Under the pieces are notes generated by a model, which was given only the letters and a program-made list of their open reading frames with translations, ran no database searches and was not told where the DNA came from. From a bacterium (GTDB lineage: Bacteria; SZUA-182; DTGQ01; JAFGSM01), in assembly GCA_049472355.1 (NCBI GenBank), contig JBLIRP010000005.1, positions 1 through 53,375 of the forward strand: a stretch of 53,375 nt of DNA, in the 5' to 3' direction. Shown in pieces: positions 9,449 through 18,486 of this stretch (its first letter is position 1; the number at the start of each line of letters is the position of its first letter). A program made the position numbers and the translations under genes.

Positions 9449-10138
9449 ATGGGTGATATCAGGGAACATATCGCTGCCGTCAAGGAACGGATAGCTGAGG
9501 CTGCTTTGCGCTCGGGAAGGAATCCCGATGGGATAACCTTGGTGGCGGTGACCAAAACCATTGAAACGCATCGCATCCGTGAGGGAATAGCTGCGGGTCT
9601 TACGGTGTTCGGAGAGAATCGCGTGCAGGAGGCGGAGGGAAAGATTGGCGAGATCGGGCATGGGGTGCGGTGGCACATGATCGGACACCTGCAGACCAAT
9701 AAGGTGAAACGGGCCGTGGAACTGTTTGACCTGATCCAGTCGGTCGATTCCCTTCATCTTGCCGGAGAGATCGAAAAGCGTGCCTCCGCCGTCGGAAGGC
9801 GTATCCCCGTTCTCCTTCAGGTGGATCTGGCGGGTGAGGAGACAAAGTTCGGGTTCACCCCTGAAGAACTCCTTCGTGATCTGCAAGGGATTGCAGGGTG
9901 TTCCCATATCGAGGTTTCCGGTCTCATGACCATCCCCCCGTTTTCCCCTGATCCTGAGAGATCACGCCCCTATTTCACGCGACTCGCCCATCTCGCAGAG
10001 AGGATTAAGGAGCAATGCCCCGGAGATGTCAGCATGGATATCCTTTCCATGGGGATGAGCCAGGATTATGAGGTAGCGGTCGAAGAGGGCGCAACAATGA
10101 TAAGGATCGGCACAGCCCTGTTTGGGGCGCGGCATTGA
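9449..10138 (+). CDS. yggS: Pyridoxal phosphate homeostasis protein YggS/PLPBP
   Basis: LVAVTK, FGENRVQE, WHMIGHLQTNK, GLMTIP, LSMGMSQD and IRIGTALFG motifs. Confidence 0.95.
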   Translation: MGDIREHIAAVKERIAEAALRSGRNPDGITLVAVTKTIETHRIREGIAAGLTVFGENRVQEAEGKIGEIGHGVRWHMIGHLQTNKVKRAVELFDLIQSVDSLHLAGEIEKRASAVGRRIPVLLQVDLAGEETKFGFTPEELLRDLQGIAGCSHIEVSGLMTIPPFSPDPERSRPYFTRLAHLAERIKEQCPGDVSMDILSMGMSQDYEVAVEEGATMIRIGTALFGARH

Positions 10139-10145
10139 AAAGGGG

Positions 10146-10958
10146 GTGGCGACCATTATAGATGACAATATCACCTTTATCGGCGGGGGAAACATGGGGG
10201 AGGCCCTTATCAGGGGAATGCTCCAGGCAGGTTGTGTCTCTCCTGAAAGGATCGTCGTTGCGGATGTTCGTGAGGATCGGTTATCCTCCCTTGCCTCACA
10301 GTACAAGGTAAGGACCGTCACCGATAACCGGAAGGCGCTGGAAAAGGCACGGGTGGTGATGCTGGCGGTAAAACCTCAGGTGATTGCCTCGGTTGCCGAG
10401 GAGATCGCCCCATGCCTTGACCCCGAAAGGGTCATCATCTCCATTGCCGCGGGCGTCACCCTTTCCCGGTTGAGGGACCTCCTGCGCTCCTCCCGCATCA
10501 TTCGCGTCATGCCCAACACCCCTGCCCTGGTCCTTGAGGGGATTACCTGCATCTGCCAGGATGGGGCACGTTCGGAAGACCTTGATGTTGCCCGGGAGAT
10601 CTTCAGCTCCGTGGGCAGGGTGGTGGTCACGGAGGAGCGTCACATGGATGCGGTGACCGGCCTGAGCGGAAGCGGGCCTGCCTACTGTTTCATGGTGATC
10701 GATGCCCTGGCTGACGGCGGGGTGAAAATGGGGCTTCCCCGGGCCATGGCATTGGAGCTTGCCATTCAGACCATGCGCGGTGCAGCCGCCCTTGCCGAGG
10801 GAGGCACCCATCCCGGTGCATTAAAGGATATGGTCGCCTCACCGGGCGGCACAACCATATGCGGTATACATGTCCTGGAGAAGAGGGGGATGCGCGCGGC
10901 GTTTATGGATGCGGTGGAGAGTGCGACCCTCCGCTCCAGGGAGTTGGGCAAGGCATAA
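10146..10958 (+). CDS. proC: Pyrroline-5-carboxylate reductase
   Basis: FIGGGNMG, LAVKPQ, ISIAAG, RVMPNTP, TGLSGSGPAY and VASPGGTT motifs. The GTG start is inferred. Confidence 0.95.
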   Translation: MATIIDDNITFIGGGNMGEALIRGMLQAGCVSPERIVVADVREDRLSSLASQYKVRTVTDNRKALEKARVVMLAVKPQVIASVAEEIAPCLDPERVIISIAAGVTLSRLRDLLRSSRIIRVMPNTPALVLEGITCICQDGARSEDLDVAREIFSSVGRVVVTEERHMDAVTGLSGSGPAYCFMVIDALADGGVKMGLPRAMALELAIQTMRGAAALAEGGTHPGALKDMVASPGGTTICGIHVLEKRGMRAAFMDAVESATLRSRELGKA

Positions 10959-11005
10959 CGAGGAGGCGCGGTATCGATCGTTTCCTTTCAGACACGGCGG
11001 AGGGG

Positions 11006-11263
11006 ATGCTTCTCACCATCAAGGTCTCTCCCAATGCCGGCAAGAGCGAAATCGTCGACGTACACGGGGATTGCCTTCGGATAAGGATTGCCGCCGCCCC
11101 TGAGAAGGGGAAGGCGAATAAGGAATGCGTGGGGCTGCTTGCCTCGTTCTTCCGGATAAAGAGGTCCCAGGTGGTGGTACAAAAGGGCGAGACCACAAGG
11201 CTGAAAAAGGTGCTTCTCAAGGGAATCACACGGGAAGATGTGCTCAAGAGGCTTCATGATTGA
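11006..11263 (+). CDS. yggU: DUF167/YggU family protein
   Basis: LTIKVSPNA, LRIRIAAAPEKGKANKE and GETTRLK motifs, in the usual yggS-proC neighbourhood. The start may lie further upstream. Confidence 0.85.
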   Translation: MLLTIKVSPNAGKSEIVDVHGDCLRIRIAAAPEKGKANKECVGLLASFFRIKRSQVVVQKGETTRLKKVLLKGITREDVLKRLHD

Positions 11264-12314
11264 GCCGATTCGGTGGACCGACCAAGGGGTCCGGATACTG
11301 GATCAAACCCTGCTGCCGGCCACACTACGCTATATCACCTGTACGAATTATCAAGAGGTTGCGGACGCCATACGCTCGATGAGGGTTCGGGGTGCGCCTG
11401 CCATAGGCATTGCCGCTGCAATGGGTGTTGCCTGGGGGGCGCTCGGCATGAAAACGGACGAACAGGCCCGTTTTTTCTCCGGGCTTGAGAAGATCTGCAA
11501 CGTTCTTCTTGCCACGCGACCTACCGCGGTGAATCTTGCCTGGGCGATCAAACGCATGAAGGGGGTCGCACACGGGCATGAAGATGCTGCCGTATCGGAG
11601 ATCAAGGGCTTGCTGCGGGAGGAGGCGGAGCGAATCCTGCAGGAGGATGTCCGGATGAACCGCCGTATCGGCAGCCACGGCGAGGCCCTTGTCGGCGACG
11701 GCCACAGGATTCTCACCCACTGCAATGCAGGGGCCCTGGCCACCGGGGGGTATGGCACGGCATTGGGAATCATCCGGGCGGCGTGGGAAAAGAAGAAGCG
11801 AATCCATGTGCTGGTCGATGAGACGCGGCCGGCGCTGCAAGGTGCCCGGCTTACCGCCTGGGAGCTTCTCCAGGAGGGCATTCCCTTTACCCTGATAACG
11901 GACAACATGGCAGGCGACTGCATGCGCAGGGGAATGGTGGATATGGTGCTGGTCGGTGCCGATCGGATAACCGCCCGGGGGGATGTGGCGAACAAGATCG
12001 GGACATATTCCCTGGCGGTCCTGGCAAATGCCCATGGTATTCCTTTCTATGTAGCCGCACCGTCATCCACCGTCGACCTCGCCCTTTCCTCTGGCGATGA
12101 GATACCTATCGAGGAGCGCACCCCTGATGAGGTGATCCTTCTCAACGGGAGCAGGATCGCCCCCGAGGGGGTGGCGGTGTTCAACCCATCATTCGACGTG
12201 ACCCCTCACCATCTGGTGAGCGCGATCATTACCGAGCATGGCGTCATCCGGCCCCCCTTTTCCGAATCCATTGGTGAGGTGTTCTCACCGGGAGGGAAGA
12301 GCGATGGCGCATAG
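11256..12314 (+). CDS. mtnA: S-methyl-5-thioribose-1-phosphate isomerase
   Basis: LDQTLLP, MRVRGAPAIG, TRPTAVNL, LTHCNAGALAT, DETRP..QGARLT, GDVANKIGTY and NPSFDVTP motifs. Confidence 0.95.
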   Translation: MIEPIRWTDQGVRILDQTLLPATLRYITCTNYQEVADAIRSMRVRGAPAIGIAAAMGVAWGALGMKTDEQARFFSGLEKICNVLLATRPTAVNLAWAIKRMKGVAHGHEDAAVSEIKGLLREEAERILQEDVRMNRRIGSHGEALVGDGHRILTHCNAGALATGGYGTALGIIRAAWEKKKRIHVLVDETRPALQGARLTAWELLQEGIPFTLITDNMAGDCMRRGMVDMVLVGADRITARGDVANKIGTYSLAVLANAHGIPFYVAAPSSTVDLALSSGDEIPIEERTPDEVILLNGSRIAPEGVAVFNPSFDVTPHHLVSAIITEHGVIRPPFSESIGEVFSPGGKSDGA

Positions 12315-13299
12315 GGACCTTGTGGGTATCGTCCTTGCCGCAGGGGATAGCACCAGGATGAAGTCGGGAACCCCAAAGGTGCTCCACCCCCTCCTGGGAC
12401 GCCCCATGCTCGAGTATGTGATCAGGGCCGTGCAGGGAAGCGGGGTATCCAGGTTGCTGGTGGTCATCGGTTTCAGACAGGAGATGGTGGTGGAGGCGTT
12501 CAGGGGATTCAAGGTGGACTTCGTCATCCAGGAAGAACGCCTGGGCACCGCCCATGCGGTGCTTCAGGCGGCTTCCTGCCTGGAGGGATTCGAGGGTGAC
12601 TGTCTCATCACCTGCGGTGACACCCCATTGCTCAGCGAGCAGACCCTCGATACGTTCCATCGAAGGCACAGTGAGGAATCTGCGGATGTGACCCTGCTGA
12701 CCGCATTTTTGGACAATCCCTTCGGGTATGGGCGCATCATACGGGACGAGGGAAAGGGAATCGTCGGTATCATCGAGGAGAAGGATGCAACGGAGGAGCA
12801 ACGACGGATCAGGGAGATTAACACCGGGGTATACTGCTTCAAGGGATCGGTCCTTTTTGACCTTTTGCGACGAATCGGCAAGGAAAACCGTCAGGGTGAA
12901 TACTATCTGACCGACTCGATCTCACTGGCGCGGGAGGCGGGGCTCAGTATTGCCAACCATGTGCTGCAGGACCCGGAGGAGATCCTCGGGGTGAACAGCA
13001 GGATTGAGCTTGCCCGCGTCACCGCTTTGATCAAAAGGCGGAAGATGGAGGATCTGATGCTCAACGGGGTAACGATTATCGACCCCGGTGCGACCTATAT
13101 CGAAAGCGATGTGAGCATCGGAAGGGATTCCGTTATCTACCCCTTTGTGGTGATTGAAGGCAAAACCGTTATCGGCAAGGAATGCATCATCTATCCCTTC
13201 ACCTACATCAAGGATCTGTGCGTGGGGGACGGGGAGTGCGTCGGAAACGCCGCCCTTGGTCCGTTTGACAGTTCCGTCTCAGGGGCATACAATGAGTGA
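12304..13299 (+). CDS. glmU: GlmU-like UDP-GlcNAc pyrophosphorylase, C-terminally short (331 aa; only the start of the beta-helix)
   Basis: LAAGDSTRMKS..PKVLH, QEERLGTAHA, GYGRIIR, EINTG, NRQGEYYLTD, GVNSR and GVTIIDP motifs. The protein ends shortly after GPF. Confidence 0.85.
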   Translation: MAHRDLVGIVLAAGDSTRMKSGTPKVLHPLLGRPMLEYVIRAVQGSGVSRLLVVIGFRQEMVVEAFRGFKVDFVIQEERLGTAHAVLQAASCLEGFEGDCLITCGDTPLLSEQTLDTFHRRHSEESADVTLLTAFLDNPFGYGRIIRDEGKGIVGIIEEKDATEEQRRIREINTGVYCFKGSVLFDLLRRIGKENRQGEYYLTDSISLAREAGLSIANHVLQDPEEILGVNSRIELARVTALIKRRKMEDLMLNGVTIIDPGATYIESDVSIGRDSVIYPFVVIEGKTVIGKECIIYPFTYIKDLCVGDGECVGNAALGPFDSSVSGAYNE

Positions 13300-13388
13300 A
13301 ATATTCTTGAATAATAGATTTGCAGAGGGGCATGAATATACCCACAAGGGGTTTTTAGGTGAAACGCACATGAGCCGGATGAAACTGC

Positions 13389-13423
13389 GAATGTCGAATG
13401 TAGAATATAGAATGTAGAAGTGA
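13389..13423. repeat. Degenerate heptanucleotide tandem repeat
   Basis: GAATGTC-GAATGTA-GAATATA-GAATGTA-GAAGTGA. Confidence 0.7.
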
Positions 13424-13632
13424 AACGCAGATGAGACTTCGGCTCACAAAGAGGCATGAAAATCCTGGGGGATTTTCAGATAAAACATTCCGGTCAATCG
13501 TTCCCAGGGATTCGAGAGGGCTTGGTTAGGGGTGATGCCATCGAAAAAAACGATTACCTGAAACTGGAACAGCCGATATAATTTATAGGTATATACAGAA
13601 AATTCAATATATTTTACAGGTAAGAGATCCCT

Positions 13633-14205
13633 ATGATCCGTGAGGTGGAATACTTCGATCAACCGGGGCGGGTGAACACACCACGATGTGTGGAAATCTG
13701 CCGGACTATGGTAGATGAAGGATTTACCGATCTGGTTGTTGCCTCAACCACCGGAGATGTAGGTGTGCAAATGGGCCGTGCATTGTCACAGGCCCCGGGG
13801 ATCAATCTCGTGGTGGTGAGCCACTCCGCAGGATTCAAGGAAAAGGGGGAGCAGGAGTTCACAGTGAGGAACAGGGAGGAGATCGAATCCCTGGGGGGGA
13901 GGATTCTGACGGCGACAATCCTCACCCATTCGTTGGAAACCGCCCTGGCCGGCCAGCATTCGGGTGCATATCCAACGATTATCATCGCCCAGACATTGCG
14001 GAGGCTGGGGCAGGGGATGAAGGTATGCTGTGAGATCGTCATGGAGGCATGTGATGCAGGCCTCATACCGGAAGGGAAGGATGTCCTTGCGGTGGGCGGC
14101 ACGGCCTATGGCGCGGACACCGTGTGCATCGTCAAATCAGCAGCCTCCAAGCGATTTTTACAGCTTCAGGTCAGGGAACTACTTGCCAAACCGAGAGAAT
14201 GGTAA
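13633..14205 (+). CDS. Pyruvate kinase C-terminal alpha/beta domain-like protein (MTH1675-like)
   Basis: YFDQPGRVNT, LVVASTTG, VVVSHSAGF, LRRLGQGMKVCCEI..ACDAGLI and GGTAYGADT motifs. Confidence 0.8.
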   Translation: MIREVEYFDQPGRVNTPRCVEICRTMVDEGFTDLVVASTTGDVGVQMGRALSQAPGINLVVVSHSAGFKEKGEQEFTVRNREEIESLGGRILTATILTHSLETALAGQHSGAYPTIIIAQTLRRLGQGMKVCCEIVMEACDAGLIPEGKDVLAVGGTAYGADTVCIVKSAASKRFLQLQVRELLAKPREW

Positions 14206-14207
14206 TA

Positions 14208-15173
14208 ATGGAAAGCTTCATCAAGCAACAAAATCTCTGGGCAGTCGGCGGCGGCAAGGGGGGCACGGGGAAGAGTATTATTGCCACCAATATCGCGGTT
14301 CAACTGGCAAAACGCGGGAAAAAGGCGATCATCATCGATGCGGACCTGGGGGGAGGGAATCTTCACACCTATATGGGCATAAAGCCTCCCTCGGTGAGTC
14401 TTGCCGATTTTCTCTTGAACAGGAATTGCAGCCTTGCCCAGGTGATGGTGGATACCCCCTTTGAGAACCTGAAGTTAATAAGCGATGCCAATGATGTGCT
14501 CGGTCTCGCCAATACGAGTTTCATGCAGAAAGAGCGTTTCATCCGGCATATAAGGGAGCTTCCCTTTGATTATGTCATCATCGATCTGGGTGCGGGAACA
14601 GCGTATACCATGCTGGATTTTTTTCTTATCTCAAACAGCGGGTTTCTTGTTTCCATACCGGAGCCGGCGGCAATCGAAAATGCCTATCGGTTCATTAAAT
14701 CCGCAGTCCATCGAAAGCTTCTGCGCAGATTTAACCGGCAACCGATCAGGGGGTTGATCGAGCAGTCCATGTATCCGCGAAACGGCATCAAGACGGTGTA
14801 TGAACTGGTGGAGCGGGTTTACGAGATCGAGCCCTATGCCGCAGAAAAGATGGTCCAGGAGATCATGGGCTTCAACCCGAAGCTGATCATGAATCAGGTT
14901 CGCTCGGAAAGCGATATTTCCCTTGGTGAGTCGATCAAAGACGTTGTTCGCAAATTCCTGGGGGTCAACCTGCAGTATATCGGCTACGTAAGCTATGATG
15001 AACGCCTTAAGATGGCATCAACGCGAAGGTTGCCCCTGTTTACCGAGTTTCCCAACTGCGGGGCGGCCATCTGTATCCGCAATCTGGTAAACAGATTTCT
15101 GGAAGATGATGAACGTCCTGTTGGCTATAGAAGGGGGGAAGGTTATAAACATGAAAAGGGTTACGGAGCTTAA
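14208..15173 (+). CDS. MinD/FlhG-family P-loop ATPase
   Basis: Deviant Walker A GGGKGGTGKS, IDADLGGGNLH, IIDLGAGT and PEPAAIENAY motifs. Confidence 0.88.
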   Translation: MESFIKQQNLWAVGGGKGGTGKSIIATNIAVQLAKRGKKAIIIDADLGGGNLHTYMGIKPPSVSLADFLLNRNCSLAQVMVDTPFENLKLISDANDVLGLANTSFMQKERFIRHIRELPFDYVIIDLGAGTAYTMLDFFLISNSGFLVSIPEPAAIENAYRFIKSAVHRKLLRRFNRQPIRGLIEQSMYPRNGIKTVYELVERVYEIEPYAAEKMVQEIMGFNPKLIMNQVRSESDISLGESIKDVVRKFLGVNLQYIGYVSYDERLKMASTRRLPLFTEFPNCGAAICIRNLVNRFLEDDERPVGYRRGEGYKHEKGYGA

Positions 15174-15741
15174 TCATTATGAAGTGCTTGATCTGAAGCC
15201 GACTGCAACCAAGGCCGAGATACAGCAATCCTTCAGCAAGCTTAAAAAGACCTATGATACCGACTCCTTGGCGGTCTATTCCATTCTATCCGACGAGGAA
15301 CGCGAATACATGCTTGTCAGGGTTGAAGAGGCGTACAAGATATTGATCGATGAAGAGAAAAGAAAAAAATACGATGAATCAATCGGATTCAAGCCTTTTG
15401 AAAAGAGGCAGGAGACCGAGGAGGCACGGCCCCCCCTTCCAAAGCAGGCAAAGAAAAGGGAGTCCAAAAAGGAAGAGCCGGTCCAGGAGGCAGAATCCAT
15501 AGACCCCCTGTGCAAGGAATTTCTGAAAAAAACCCGCGAGATCAAAGGAGTTTCCCTTACCGAGATATCGGAGGCCACCAATATCAAGTCCCATTTCCTC
15601 TCCTCACTGGAGAACGGCGATTACGGCGAACTGCCGGGTCGCGCTTATGCAGTCGGTTTTCTGAGGGAATATGCAAAGTATGTCGGGCTCGACTACCAGG
15701 TCGCCAAAGAGCACTTGGAGGTATGGGGTAAGTGGAAGTAA
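15151..15741 (+). CDS. J-domain-like + RodZ-type helix-turn-helix protein
   Basis: NHYEVLDL...EEAYKILIDEEKRKKYD (J-like, no HPD) and C-terminal LKKTREIKGVSLTEIS..LENG..LPG..GFLREYAKYVGLD (HTH_25-like). Confidence 0.8.
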   Translation: MKRVTELNHYEVLDLKPTATKAEIQQSFSKLKKTYDTDSLAVYSILSDEEREYMLVRVEEAYKILIDEEKRKKYDESIGFKPFEKRQETEEARPPLPKQAKKRESKKEEPVQEAESIDPLCKEFLKKTREIKGVSLTEISEATNIKSHFLSSLENGDYGELPGRAYAVGFLREYAKYVGLDYQVAKEHLEVWGKWK

Positions 15742-16106
15742 AGCAATATCTGTTCACTCCAAAGCGGCAAGTGCCTCACTAAAACTTCCGGTGGACAAAC
15801 ATCTTCAGATGGCACCGAAAAATCATCCTTTCCATGCCTTACCCATGCAGAGAGACGTTGGACCCTTGCGATTCACCCTCTCGCTCGAATTCAACGCTTA
15901 TACGTTCAAACCGAATCGAATCCTTTCATCATTGCCGATTTGAACGTTGCATGCCCTTAACGCTCAAATCCCTATAAGACCGATATCGGTTCGAATACCT
16001 CAGGTGAAGTAAATATCCGTTTCAGATGATCCCATGGCTTCTCTGACCGTTTTCGAGTGTCTTATATTGCGATGAGAAAAAAATGTCAGTTTCTTATTCA
16101 AACCTT

Positions 16107-16227
16107 GATGGCACCGCAAAAAGTCATTTTGGATTGACAAAAGGGATAATTTCCTAAAAATAGCTCAATTGAATTTATACTCTATAACGGATAATTCCCG
16201 GCGGTTCAGACTTTTTGCAAGACCATC
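16107..16227. mobile_element. MITE-like element, copy 2
   Basis: TIRs GATGGCACCGCAAAAAGTC / GACTTTTTGCAAGACCATC, flanked by the direct repeat AACCTT (16101-16106 and 16228-16233). Same TIR family as copy 1. Confidence 0.75.
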
Positions 16228-16280
16228 AACCTTGCTTCTGAACGTATTTTAATCCTTTTTCGGTGGATATCGGTTATATG

Positions 16281-16304
16281 GACTACGATAGCGACTACGA
16301 TAGC
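16281..16304. repeat. Perfect 12-bp tandem duplication
   Basis: GACTACGATAGC x2, upstream of the flippase gene. Confidence 0.8.
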
Positions 16305-16504
16305 GTACTGGCTTTTTTTAGTCCGTTACGGTATCCTTCCCTATGGACTGCGTACTCCCTTTGGGTTGATATAAGGTGAAATTAATTGAAGTTATTCAAA
16401 ATGGTTCACTATCTTCTTTTTTTAAAAAAATATTCTTAAAAGATTTCCCCGCATTTGAATTTATTTTGCTGTTATTCATAAATTTTATAGAAAGATATTG
16501 AATT

Positions 16505-17773
16505 ATGAATGAGTTGAGTGGAATTCTTGCATTTATAAAAAGATATCAACAACAGGGGGTTAATTTTTTTTGGTATTCTTTTCAGACTATTGGTACTATG
16601 CTCTTATCGGCAATAATATTCTTTGTTGCCGCTAAATTATTAACACCAGAAGTATTTGGAAAATACAACTATTTATTGGCGTTAGTTTCATTCTTCGTTT
16701 TGTTTGGCAATTTTGGATTGAGTGCTTCAGTAAGTAAATATGTTGCAGAATATAAAGTAAAAGATGAAAAAAAAATAAATTCTATTGTTTTTTCATCTTT
16801 GTTGATATGTCTTATATTATGCTTATTAATTATCGTATTTATTGTGCTATTTGGAAGAATTTTATTTAAAGAAAATTATAAGTATTTCAAATATATAATA
16901 CCTTTAATATTCTTAATCGCTTCCGTTAATATTTTTGACGGTTTTTATAGAGGATTAAAAGAGTTTAAAAAACTTTCCATTGTATCAATAATTTCGGGTT
17001 TGACAACTCTATGCGGCATTTTTTTTCTGATTAAGTATTTTTATTTAATAGGTGCTATATTATCTCAGATTTTATATTATGGTTTATTTTTTATCTTATT
17101 ATTTATTTTCATCCCCAAGAGGCATTCTTCTTTTGATAAAGAAATATCAATACAAGTTTTTACATATTCAATGGTCATTGGTGTGTCCGGAATTTCATAT
17201 TTTTTATACACTCGCGCAGATATACTAATTTTAGAATATTTTGGATACGTTGTTGAAATCGGTTATTATGAGATAATTAATAAGTTGTTCAGGTTGCTAT
17301 ATATCCCCTTTGCTATCTTGGGTTTGGTTATTGCTCCTGATATAACAAGATTGATGGCTGAGCATAAATATCATAAATTACGCTATTATTTTAACAAGTT
17401 GTATTATGTTTTTTTTATAGGAATATTAATGAGTATTCTTACATACTTATTCTTTCCACAAGTTATGAGATTGATGTTGTCTGAGTATTTAAGCGAAAGT
17501 TTTCTAAAAATATTGAATATCCTTTTAATATTACTACCCTTCAAGGTGGCAGGTACTTTATTAACGAATGGTTTTATAGTCCCTTCCGGTTTTGCAAATA
17601 TAATTGCATATTTGACTATTATTGGAGGCATTGTTAATATAGTATTAGATTTTGTTTTTATAAAATATTATGGGTTTATTGGTGTCTTTTACGTAACGGT
17701 TTTAGTACATGGCATAGCCGATATTTTAACATTTGTCATTTACGGTATTGTTTTTCGAAAAAGGCATTTATAA
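16505..17773 (+). CDS. wzx: Oligosaccharide flippase (Wzx/RfbX family)
   Basis: About 12 TM segments, with AKLLTPEVFGKY, NFGLSASVSKYVAE, LYTRADILIL, EIGYY and IVNIVLDFVFI motifs. AT-rich. Confidence 0.85.
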   Translation: MNELSGILAFIKRYQQQGVNFFWYSFQTIGTMLLSAIIFFVAAKLLTPEVFGKYNYLLALVSFFVLFGNFGLSASVSKYVAEYKVKDEKKINSIVFSSLLICLILCLLIIVFIVLFGRILFKENYKYFKYIIPLIFLIASVNIFDGFYRGLKEFKKLSIVSIISGLTTLCGIFFLIKYFYLIGAILSQILYYGLFFILLFIFIPKRHSSFDKEISIQVFTYSMVIGVSGISYFLYTRADILILEYFGYVVEIGYYEIINKLFRLLYIPFAILGLVIAPDITRLMAEHKYHKLRYYFNKLYYVFFIGILMSILTYLFFPQVMRLMLSEYLSESFLKILNILLILLPFKVAGTLLTNGFIVPSGFANIIAYLTIIGGIVNIVLDFVFIKYYGFIGVFYVTVLVHGIADILTFVIYGIVFRKRHL

Positions 17774-18486
17774 TGAAATTAAGTAAATCATGTGCGAAAA
17801 TTATTAATTATATAGAGAAGAAATATATTATTTCTCATTATTATTTTTATAGACATGAAATTGGAAATAAAATAAGAATGATTCTGCAGTATAGTGAAAA
17901 TGATATAGGTTTAGGCTCAAAGGATCAAGAAGAAAATGCACTGCCGGGATTCCAGAAATATATGAATTCAAATTATTATAAATATATGATTGCAAGATAT
18001 CTTTACTCTATAAAATATATTAAAAATAAGGCAGTATTGGATTCAGGGTGCGGATTTGGATGGGGGGCCTTTTTGATAAGTCATTATCCAAGAGAGATTG
18101 TTTCAATAGACAGGGACCAAGGCGCATTAGATTTTGCAGTTGCGCATTGGAGGGATAAGAAAATAATCTTTAAAAACCACTCCGTTTTGGATCTGGATTC
18201 GCTCGGCAAAAGGTTTGATGTTATATTAGGGTATGAATTAGTCGAACATCTTACCTTCGAGCAGTGTCTGATTTATCTAGCCCAGGTTTTTACCAATCTC
18301 AAAGAAAATGGGATGTTGATTATGAGCTCATATTTTCCGCGGTCTAAAAACCATACGGAAAAATTACAGGAAAACAAATATCATCTCCACATATTCACCC
18401 AGGAAGAAATAAAAAATATAGGCAAAAAAATTGGATTCTCAAAGGTGCGTTTTTGGGGTGATTTTATGGTGGTAATAAGAAAATGA
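17773..18486 (+). CDS. Class I SAM-dependent methyltransferase
   Basis: ARY...VLDSGCGFGWG, FDVILGYELVEHL and LKENG motifs; coupled to wzx by a TAATG overlap. Confidence 0.85.
   Translation: MKLSKSCAKIINYIEKKYIISHYYFYRHEIGNKIRMILQYSENDIGLGSKDQEENALPGFQKYMNSNYYKYMIARYLYSIKYIKNKAVLDSGCGFGWGAFLISHYPREIVSIDRDQGALDFAVAHWRDKKIIFKNHSVLDLDSLGKRFDVILGYELVEHLTFEQCLIYLAQVFTNLKENGMLIMSSYFPRSKNHTEKLQENKYHLHIFTQEEIKNIGKKIGFSKVRFWGDFMVVIRK

Noticed and set aside
15742..16100. Possible pseudogene remnant before the glycan island
   Set aside because: I found no recognisable protein motif in the frames I could read.
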